A stretch of DNA of 64,000 nt from contig CDLV01000010.1 of the NCBI GenBank assembly GCA_001244265.2, forward strand, positions 248,001-312,000, given 5' to 3'. Position numbers and translations under genes: made by a program. A model generated the notes under the pieces. The model was not told where the DNA came from. It did not search any database and worked only from the letters and a program-made list of their open reading frames with translations. Every line of letters begins with the position of its first letter. Positions within the stretch are counted from its first letter, which is position 1. Below, in pieces: positions 11,238 through 21,219 of this stretch. This DNA comes from Microbotryum violaceum. Its lineage: Eukaryota.

Positions 11238-14200
11238 AATCCCAAACGTGTCTTTTGTTGCTGCCAACGTGCAGTCAATCAATGAAGACCGTAAGCGTGC
11301 CTCTCTTTTCTCCAATCTCCGCTCCCATAACGCCGACGTCTTTCTCCTGAGCGAAACTGGCCGACCTTCCCCCGAAAGGGTGGCCCAGTGGACTCAGGAG
11401 TGCCAAGACTTAAAGCTCTCCGCTCTTTTCACTCCTTTCAACAACACTGCCATACTTTGGAAGAGCGACTCCGTGGTCATTACTTTTGATCCCGAGTCGC
11501 CTCCAAACACTCTTCGTGCCTCTTTCTCTTTCCCGGACCGAGTCACCGACGCCACCTTTTGTGTGGGTGATTCAAAAGTCCGGGTTGTATCAATATACGC
11601 GCCTTCCTCCGACAAGCCAGACAAAAAACGCTTCCTCTCACACCTCAGCACCGCCCTCCGACAAGTTGTACGTGACGAACCCTCGCCGCCTGCGCTCCTA
11701 GTCGGGGGGGACTGGAATTGTGTTGAGTCCCAGCCCCTCGATTCGGAGGACCAAAACGGAACCAATTATGGGGGTCAGGAGATGCGCGACCTTGCCACGG
11801 CCAACAATCTTTTCGACGCCTATCGGCTCCATCATCCCAAAGGACGAGCCACGACGAATCGCTCAGCGCTCGGCACGTGCCGTCGCCTTGACCGCATCTA
11901 TGTCTCGCCTGATTGGGTCGACCTCTTCCATGATCACAAAATTTGGGCTCCTGTCCTCAAATCGACGCACTCAATGGTTGTGGCACGGTTCCAAGTGCCG
12001 GGCGCAATCGACATCGGTCCGGGCAAATTCAAGCTGGGTTTGCACGTGATCGAGGGCGACGCGACCTGCAAGTACCTCACCTCCATTGTCCGCACCCTTT
12101 ACAACAAAGCCCTCCTCCAGACGCCCAACGATCCACCAGCAGCTTGGACGTCCACCAAACACCGCCTGCTGCCCGAGCTGCAGGCTCTGGCCCGGACTTT
12201 CGCTCGGTTCCGTCGTGGCGGGTCGGAGCAAGAGAGGGCTGACCACTCGCGCTACGGCGGCGCGGCCCTGCGGTCCCGCCTCGACCCATCTCTGGCGGGT
12301 CCCTCTTCCATCTTCATCCGCCTGCGCAAAGTGCGAGCATCCGACCTGATCCCTTCGCTCACGGTCAACGATGTTGTTCATTCCGACCCTGATTCGATGC
12401 TTGGAGCGGCCAGCGACTACTTCGAGCGGGTCTATGAGGACCGCCCCATCGATGACGCGGCCCTGAAGGCGATCATCGACGGCCTCGCTTCAACTCGCCT
12501 CTCCCCCGCGGACTCACTCAAGCTCGAGGAAGCGTACCCGTTGGAGGAGATGACAAAGGCTCGAGAGGCGTGTAAGTCGAACTCTTCGCCAGGGCCTGAC
12601 GGCCTCCCGGTTGAGTTTTATCGCGCTACGTGGCCGGCCACTGGCCCGATTCTTCGAGACGTCATCAACTCGATCCCCACCGAGGCCCGTCAGCCTGGAC
12701 CTCTTCCCCGCAACACCACCCACATCCATCTCATCCACAAACGCGGCGAGAGGGATCAGCTTTCGAACAAACGCCCCATATCGCTCATCAATGCGGACGA
12801 GCGCATCATCTCGCAAGCCCACAACCAGCGCCTCGCTCCCTTGCTCGAGTCCCTGATCGGCCCAACCCAACGTGGCTTTATTCCGAACCGTTGGATCGGC
12901 ACGAACATCGCTGAGGTCCAATGTCTCATGGACCCTGGACTTCCGGGCTCAACACCCGTGTCTGGCATGCTAGCGGTGATGGACTTTGAAAAGGCTTACG
13001 ATCGTCTTTCCCACCCGTACCTTGATGCAGTCCTCTGCGCCGTTGGCCTCGGCCCCAAAGCCCGCCAATGGTACCGAGCGACCTACACCAACCAATCTGC
13101 CTCGATCTTCCTCAACGGTTGGCTCTCTGCCACTTTCGACATCCTGTCGGGCGTTCGGCAAGGTGATCCTTTGGCTCCGTCTCTCTTCGTCCTGGCGATC
13201 GAAGGTTTTGCCTGTCAGATTCGATTGAGAGTCAAGGGCATCGATATTGCGGGCCTCCAAAACGTTCGCGAACTCCTTTTTGCCGACGACGCTTGCTGCG
13301 CACTCCACAACCTCTCGGACCTCGACCACCTCAATCGGGCGATCGAGCTTTACGAACGGGCAAGTGCCAGCAAGCTCAGCAACGTCAAATCTTTCCTCTA
13401 TCCCCTTGGAGCTTTTCGGGATCGGTCGATCGCCCCAGATCTCGGGACCCGGCGTCTCAGCGATTCGCAGGTTCGCTACCTTGGTATTCAGGTCGGGGTG
13501 GAGATCGCCGAGGATGCGGGCTGGGAAGATGTCAAGGCCTCGACCATCGCTCGGATACGCTCAGTTCCGATGTACGATCTCCCATATGCAGCCAAGTGTT
13601 CGATCATCAACATCTACTGCTACACAAAGATCTTGTACTACAGCCGATTCCTTCCCGCCCCAAGAGCGTCGTCAAGGAGATCGAGGAGGCTGCCATGCTC
13701 GCCTTTCACGGTCGAGCTTCGGATGGTACTCAGCGACGTCCGAAGGTCTCCCGGTCGCGCCTCTGCACCCCTCTCGATCACGGCGGCCTCGGTTTGATTG
13801 ATCTGCCTCGGCGTCTAGCAATCGATCACGCGAAGTGGGTCTTCCAGCTACGGGCCCCGGACGGCTGCTTCACACGCCACCTCTTCGACATCCGCATCCG
13901 CCTCCAGGCACCAAACGAACCAACCCCTTTCACCTTGTCCAGACCGGCCCCCAACCAGCATCGTTGCCCTTGGATTTGGATCTGGTGGGCATACTTTTGC
14001 CATCCTCCCCCAAAGTGGGACCATGCGGTGAGAAAAACGACAAAACTTCTTCCTGCTCGTTGGGTCCGATACTTCGAAGCCTGGGCGTTGGTGACCACGC
14101 TCAATCCCCCGGAACTCTCCAAGAGCCAGAACCTAGAGCAATGGGCGACGCACGTACTCTATTTCCCAGCGGGCCACGGAATACAACTCTCGGTAAACCC

Positions 14201-14798
14201 GACGCTTTTTCGAGGGCCCGATGGCGAGGTGATGACCCCGTCTTCGTTTGTGAACGCGTCCAAACGCCACCAAGTCTTCATCTTTCCCCCTATCTTCCCC
14301 AAGGGACACCAGAAGGTATTCGATCTGCCTGAGCAACGCTGGAACGCTTGGTGGAAGGCTTTGCGCAAGGTTCGCCGGGTTCACTCGGACGCCGAGGATA
14401 CCAGCCACCTTCTCTCCCTGGGGTCCCTCCATCCGGGAAGCCAAGTCGCCTCCCCAACCAGCCCACATCCCAACAATCGATCTACCTCCTGTGTGATGTG
14501 CCTCTCGGAAGCACCCGAGTGCCTGGTTCACCTCGCGGTCGGCTGCCCATTTGCCCGGCGCCTCTGGTCTGCTCTGTCCCCGACCCCCCACCCAGTCTTT
14601 GTGGACTTTGTATGCCCGGTCGTGTCTCGCTCGGAACGTCGACTTGTCGAACTACGAGTCCTCTTCTTTCACTCGATCTGGAAGCTGTGTCGCCGTCGTC
14701 GATTCTCGTCGGATCTTTTGGAACCGATCACCGAAACGGAGTTCGAGGGGCTTCGAGCCTCTATCCAGGAGTCCAAGGGTCGCCTAGTGTCTCTGTAA
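11221..14798 (+). pseudogene. LINE ORF2: AP-like endonuclease, reverse transcriptase and C-terminal CCHC, with one frameshift
   Basis: APE motifs ANVQSIN, FLLSET, SIYAP, GGDWN, RLDRIY, STH. RT motifs PGPDG, RPISLIN, QRGF, DFEKAYD, GVRQGDPLAP, LFADD, YLGI. A frameshift at the C-run 13658-13661 leads into GGLGL...CVMC...ECLVHLAVGCPFARRLW. Confidence 0.92.
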
Positions 14799-15819
14799 GA
14801 CATCAAAGGGGGTTTTAGTGGGTATGGTTGATCCTGGTTCAGGGTCAATGAGTCTTACACTACTGGCTTCTGCCAGTGTGCGTAACAGCATTCCCTCCGA
14901 CTTTTCCGAAGATTTCTAGGTATCAATATAATTATGCTGTTAATGAAGTCTATCAAATAAAAAATAAAAAAACAGTCGGTGTTACTCCGTCAGAGGTTCA
15001 GGGACCCGTCGCCCCCGGAGGGGGTCGCGTTAATATCTCCAGACTAGTCTCTAGATACTGGCAAGCTGGTGTTCCCATACAACCCACCGTCTTTTACAAG
15101 CAGGATCGCTGCTCAGGAAACAATTCAAACGACGCACACACCTGAAACCCCGAGAGCACTCCAACTTGCAAGCGAACTCGGTTTCGTGACCCAATCAACG
15201 GATCGTTCAATAGCTGGCGGCGATCTTTTCATGCTCGAGCGATTCCACGGCTCGAAGCGGACCCGAACAAACATGGAGACGACGCGCATTGAAGAGGGAG
15301 GGGAGGGGAGAGGATGTGCTTGATTCTGAACCCGGATCGTCCGTTGCCCGCGCGGCACCTTTTCTTTTTTCCAACAAGGCCCGGGCGCTCTCTTCGCTGC
15401 GTCGAACATTTTCGCTTCGGGGCAATTCTGACATCACTCAGGCACGGTGGATGCACAAAGACACCCTTCTCGGAGGTTACATGTGCCCATTGGTGACCCC
15501 AGTTCCCTCGAGCCCGACGGCCTGACGGGTCGCCTGGGAGGTGAAAGAGGGAAAACCATCGACTCGGACCTGAGGGCGAGGCAAGGACTCCTGTTTAGCC
15601 AAGGAACCACTCGCTGGCTTAGGTCAGCAGTAGCTTCCTTAGCTCCGCTTCGTTTGATGAGCTCAAAATGAACTGAGTCTAGCTTCGTTTTCGCTATGGG
15701 CAGCTTGAAGGCGTCCAAAGTTGCCTGCCGCAGTCGAGCGCCTGCTTGGGTTGCCCTAGAGGCTAGCGGAGACAAGTTCTGAGACATTCCCCGAAGATCC
15801 GTGTTCCGTCGGAAGGTGG

Positions 15820-15970
15820 ATCACCACAGAAGGTCGTGCTCAACGGCTCAACATTCCAAGGGCTTTAAAGACTTTCACGGTGCCTTTTCCTTCGCTACGT
15901 ATGTTCTTCAGGGTTTGAAACATGGCTTTGATGTAAAGACTTTGCTGTACGGGAATCGTTGGCTCTAGAG
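15820..15970 (+). pseudogene. Possible relic of a tyrosine-recombinase (DIRS/Ngaro-like) retroelement pre-RT region
   Basis: A frameshifted peptide VVLNGSTFQ/..KDFHGAFSFATYVLQGLKHGFD resembles the 'L.GL..GF' segment that precedes the RT in such elements. This is a weak match from memory only. Confidence 0.25.
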
Positions 15971-17633
15971 AACGCGGCCCATCGAAGCGCGCTCCCGGCG
16001 ATCAGGTACACATCGACGTCGCAAAAAAGTCCGAGAGGCGACGTCACCCCAGTCCGCACTGCCGCCCTGCACTAAAACAATACAAATGAGTGCTCCCAGT
16101 GACAACAAATAAAGTTAGGAAGTTAGTACAGGTGAAATGTCCGGAGATGCAGATGCACTCAAGTTCAAAGCGACTACGGACCGTCCGCAATCGTAGTCAA
16201 CGTTCTGCCATATTCGAATCGATCGACTTGAAACTCGGCCTGCCCGCCGGCCGACCGGCTCAGTCGTCGAAGAGCGCATTGTTTCACGTTCGTGCTTTCG
16301 AGGTCGTGCCTGTCGTGTTGACTGAGACCCAATTTCAAAGTGCCGAGACGTGGGCTCAACTTAACCTGCTCTCAGTTGAACCCAGCACGGATCTGATTTG
16401 CTCTCGGATCAAAAGACAGCTCAGCGGGCGCCGGCAAAGACGTTCCTCGCAACCGTGTCGAACTTCGAACTTTTTTCTGGTTTTTTCCTCGCGTTGCCTG
16501 ATAATACGTGTGGTACAGCTCTCTTCATACCCACCTATCCCTTCCAGTCCCTCGCACGCATACCGTCTGTTTGGTTCGCACCACCCGATACGGTCTGCAC
16601 CATCTGCTCTCCGAACCTCAGGGCAACCACGACTCTACCCACTCGAGACCCTCGTCTCAGCCTGACTCGAGCGCTAGGAGGAGTCTCACGGCACGGTAAC
16701 TCGAGCACGGCCAACGCGAGACGCGGCCTAACGCCTGCCCACCTTAGACGACAGTGGAGCGAGGCCCCTGGTCGGCTTTGTCGCCCTTAAGGAACAAAAT
16801 TGAAAAATTGAAAGCCCGATTACATCACATCCGAGTGCTGACAGATTAGTGCTCAGAAAATTCTGGTTTCAGTGTCGGCTCAGCGCGCTCTGCTAGTTGA
16901 GCGAGTGACGAGTTTTCAGCGTACGTCCAAGGAGTCGCTGGCGACAAAGACGCAATCTCGCCTGTGGACGCGACTCACTTGAATGCGTCTCACTCACCGT
17001 TGCTTGGTTTCGCAGGCCAGCTCATTGTAAGACGCTCCTGGGCTGTGAACAGCAACAGGGACATCGCGTGTCGCACGTGAAGGAACTTATCCTGAGGCGC
17101 TCCTTAATTTCGATCACAAGGTCACTCAGCTCTCAGAAGTCCAACTTCCTCGGTCCGGCTGTCAGATCTTAACGGGTGCGTCCTTCCTGGTTTTCGATCT
17201 CCATTCTTGGAAGCACATATTTCGCTCGGACCCGTTCTAAAAATTGCCCTAAACCGCGATCGATCGGATCGGGTCCCACGGAGAGGACGCTGACCGTTGG
17301 CCGGCGGGCGGCGTCAGCGCTCTCGGACAGTCTCCTGTCTTGAGCAGCCACGCGAGTAAGACAGGAGCGGGCTGCACCACGCTAAGCGCTCCTGTAGGAT
17401 ACTCGTTTCCAAACCGCGTCGCTTTTGGAGTACACCTGCTGACCTCGCTTGGACGTATTAGCGAGGTCGTTTCGACCCGACCCCGCGACCTGTCTCACCA
17501 CGCTTCCAATCTCGCAACGCTAATGATGTTCTGATCCCGCTCCTTCATGTACAGCTGTCTTGTTGTCTTGCAGCTGCACAAGCTTCTCTGGGCCTCGAAT
17601 CGGCTCTGGTACCTCCTGGTGACCTTTGCGACC

Positions 17634-19271
17634 ATGACTGGACCCTTCCACGAGCCGAGAAGCACTAGCACTGACACCGACACCGTGGTCTCATCTCCGG
17701 ACATCACCACGCGCGAGCTTGCGAGACCACCTTCCGTGCCGCCGCCGACTCCACCACCAACTTTAGCACCCGATGAAGCCAGGCCATCTACAACGACAGA
17801 AGTTGATGCGAGTGGGGACAGTAATATGAAGGGGCCTATATCGCCGCAAGTAGCCGCTAGCGTTCATGGAACCGACGGGTCATCACCGCCCCGACTAGAC
17901 GACAGCCGCCCGGCCGTTGCTCCGCTCGCCGTTCTCGCCGAGGCAGCTTGGCAGGAGGGGTTACTCAACGTACCCTCCCCGCTAGCCAACGTCGAAGAGT
18001 GAGTTGGTACCCATTTTACGGTATCGTGTTGCCATTTCCTATCCCGACGGTGTCGGTTCGAATAGGGGAAGGCCGTCGGTCGGGCGGGCGAGGATCGAGG
18101 CGAATCTAGAGCGGAGCACCGAACGTTGTCTAGCGCTTTCCCCATCCCCGAGCCGTCCCCTCCGACCCTCCTTTTCGACGACCGCAAGCTGACCTCGCGT
18201 CGTCCTACCTCGCCTTTAGGTCTTTTGAGCTCAAGATTATTCAGCAACCGGGGATCGGAGCCGAGGCTGGATTCGGCAAGATGACGCTTGGGCGAGTGAG
18301 TTCCGCCGCTTAGCAATCTTTCAGGCGCTTTCTCCTTTTTCGGCGCACTTCGGCCTCGTTCGCGTTCTAGAGAGCTGACCACGCCTCGTCTTCCTAAACA
18401 TGTATTTGCGTGTACTGATGCGCATGATACCCCAATTTTTGTTTCCCTTCATCACTGTCAGCTTCCCGTGGTACCTGCGCCTGTAGTACAAGTCTTGGCC
18501 AAAGACACCCGAGGACGACACATGTCAGTACTCCCCCACCGTCTCGTCTTCGGCAAAGAGTCATGATTCATTCGGCGTGCCCTACACTGCTATGCTAAGG
18601 TCTTGACCACCGATTTGGCCTTACCTAAACAGAGATCGGGAGTTTCCTTACCTGTTTTGCTCGTGTGCACTCAAGGCGAAAGACGGGACCTCGCCCATCG
18701 ACTCGGTCCAAGCCTCGACTCCTTTCGACACCGCTCTGCCGCCAATTCCGTCAACCTCTTCCGCTGTACTCCCGTCTCAAATCGAGCCCGAGTTCAGCGC
18801 TCTTGTCGGAAATTTGGTCAGCAACAGTCAACGTGCGACCAACCTCGACGGCGATCTAGGGAACTACTTTGTATTTGAAGACCTAGCCGTGCGGGAGAAG
18901 GGCACGTACAAGCTCGAGTTTCGATTGGGCAAGATGTGAGTCGTCGGAGGTTTCGGTGCGCGTGTTGATTCGGGGAAAGGAGAGACTGATCGTCATGTGC
19001 GCCTGTGCTCGACACTTCAGACAACGTCCTTCATCGCCCAAGCTGGCATCGGTCGTCTCTGACGCCTTCGACGTTGTTGACTGGCGTGATTATCCGGGGA
19101 GGCCAGCAGAAAGTGAGCCCTGCGCGGTGGCACCCATATTTGTGCTAGCTGACCCGCTCTCGTGAGGTCGTTCGAGCAGGAGTTCTCACCAATTTATCCA
19201 GACACTTGGCGAACCAAGGGGTCCCGATGTACATCCCCCCGCTGCATCAGCTGCCGGCGCTTCCCGAGTGA
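17634..19271 (+). CDS. Velvet-domain regulatory protein (spliced, about 6 exons)
   Basis: Exons read SFELKIIQQPGIGAEAGFGKMTLGR | LPVVPAPVVQV | FPYLFCSCAL...LVGNLVSNSQRATNLDGDLGNYFVFEDLAVREKGTYKLEFRL | PKLASVVSDAFDVVDWRDYPG | LTNLSRHLANQGVPMYIP. This follows the velvet consensus (QQP; F.F.DLSVR.EG...L.F; S.PF.V; LS..FA.QG). Confidence 0.85.
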
Positions 19272-19421
19272 TTCGTGGCGTTATGGAACTTCTCCGCACG
19301 CGTCCCGCCAATCTCCGAGTCGGATACGGGGATAAGCGCCCGGCCGCCTTTATGCTATCACCGACCCTCGATATCTGTTCATTTGTGCCACTATTAATCA
19401 CCCTGTGTCGTTCTATATCCC

Positions 19422-19453
19422 TCTCGGTCTCGGTCTCGGTCTCGGTCTCCGTC

Positions 19454-19491
<38 letters not shown>
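19422..19491. repeat. (CTCGGT)4 followed by (CT)n microsatellite
   Basis: Directly visible downstream of the velvet gene. Confidence 0.9.
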
Positions 19492-19495
<4 letters not shown>

Positions 19496-19895
19496 CTTGT
19501 TTGTGCCCTTATTGTTCTGATCGTCTAACCAGTAGCACGTATTTTTCTACTTTCCGCCGCTGCCGCCTGCCAAGTGCCTTTGCTTGTTCGCATCGTGATG
19601 CTTACTAGACTTGCTCCCGCAAATGGACACATTCATCAATTTTGTCTGACATTGGACTGATATGGCCAGCAAGGATAGAGCGAGCTTTCGACGGTCCTTG
19701 GCCGGCGTGATGACTATCATGACTTGAACTTCCGACGGTGACTCGATCGGCGAGACGTCGGGTGCTTGTGGCTCCCAGGGGTAGAGGTCAAAGCGCAGCC
19801 CAGCCTAGCCCAGCGCAATCTCATTCGTGGCCGCCCGTGGCCGCTGCGAACTCGAGCCTGTCTATCTGCAACACCGACTGTTCAAGACCGACGCC

Positions 19896-20792
19896 ATGGC
19901 CGACGAGAAAAGCACACCAACTCAGGTTCGTTACGATACCCTCCATCGATTCGTGACAAGGCGTCCTCGCGGCGATTCCGGGCGGGGCTTCTCTCCTCGC
20001 GTCGCGTCAGCGTCACGTCGTCGTGTTGGCTCAACCTGACGCTGCTGGCTCGCCTCGACTCGCTGGCGAGACAATCGCCCACCAACGATGCGGAAGAGCT
20101 GACCCGGTCTTATCTTACTCTATCTACTCATCTTGTAGGCGACGATCAAGTCTGCCGACATGGCGGACGAGGTCAGTTCCCGCCTCTCGCTCGAACGCGG
20201 GGCAAGCACCGTCGCCAGCTTACTGATTGGACCTTCTGCACGCCGCACATGAATGCGACATCACATCAGATGCAGAAAGTCGCCATTCAAACCGCAATCG
20301 ATGCATTGGAGAAGCACGAGATTGAAAAGGATGTAGGTTGACCTCTGTCCTCGCTCTCAACAGCCACGGCCACGGCCCGCCGGCGGTTGGCTCGCTTTCG
20401 TTTTGTAAATATCGTTCCACGACCGAGGTAGTGACAGCGTCCCACATTCCTGGATCCACTCTTCTGGTAGATTGCGGCTTATATCAAGCGGGATTTCGAC
20501 AAGCGATATGGCCCAACCTGGCACGTCGTCGTCGGCAAGTCGTTCGGATCGTTCTGCACTCACGTGAGTTGACCCATTCGAAAAGGCCTTGTCGCCATGG
20601 TGGTGCCGAGCTGACCCTACCGTTCCTATTTTGGTCTTGATAGGAATCGGGTCACTTTGTCTATTTCTACCTGGGGTCGATCGCCATCGTAGGTCCCTGC
20701 AGGGGCTTCGGCTAGGCTCACGCTCAGACCAGTCGTAGGAACCTGACCATTTCCTCGTCCCGAAACAACAGCTGCTGTTCAAGGCCGGTTGA
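19896..20792 (+). CDS. DYN2: Dynein light chain LC8 (6 short exons)
   Basis: [94 protein letters not shown]. Confidence 0.95.
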
Positions 20793-21219
20793 GTCTCGTG
20801 GTCAGGTTGTCTTTGGAAGGGGTTCAACGAGTGCGGTCTGAACAGCGATGTCTTTTTTTCGATTTTTCTCTATTTCCTTACAATGACGCTCTCGAGTTCC
20901 CGCTTTTGCAATGGCCGACTTTTCGCAACCTTGGACTTCGAATCGACAAACACAGTGTATGCATGCTCATTTTCAGCAGCATGTCTCTTCTGAATCCATA
21001 GACAGGTATCGACGTTCCTGGTGATCGTTGCAGTCACCTCCGTATGTCGGAAGCTTCATCGGCAGCGCGTCGCCTTCGAATTTCAAATAGGCCCTCGCTC
21101 GGACCGACTTCAGCCGACAGCTCGATAAGATAGTTCATGCCCATCGTTGACTCTAGCTGCCTAGCCCCGCCCCACACCCGCTTCACTCGTTGGTGAATTA
21201 CGATACTGCACAGCACAGT

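Larger units (their letters stand above)
9769..14972 (+). mobile_element. Near full-length non-LTR retrotransposon, L1/Tx1-type (APE + RT), about 5.2 kb
   Basis: Two overlapping ORFs (gag-like with CCHC knuckles; APE-RT-zinc finger), a ~170-bp 3' UTR containing a stem-loop, and an A-rich tail at 14955-14972. Confidence 0.93.
6302..15047 (+). mobile_element. Decayed, internally deleted Helitron, interrupted by LINE insertions at 9637-14972
   Basis: Broken frames encode Helitron Rep N-terminal motifs: SLSNGFYR, TRGNTLISNQN, IVKQSRIQKMLRWL, PLWEPSDELMLSKLWP and MRNEIRGYVNAFGMYTLFVTVNPADLHSPL (9024-9113, resembling Rep motif 1). No HUH or PIF1 helicase region was seen. A candidate 3' end lies after the LINE: GC hairpin CCCCC-GGA-GGGGG at 15012-15024, then CTAG|T at 15044-15048. 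Both boundaries are tentative. Confidence 0.7.

Noticed and set aside
9637-14972. LTR retrotransposon suggested by the ~100-bp direct repeats
   Set aside because: The repeats end in A-rich tails and lack TG..CA ends. The coding region is APE plus LINE-type RT with no protease or integrase.
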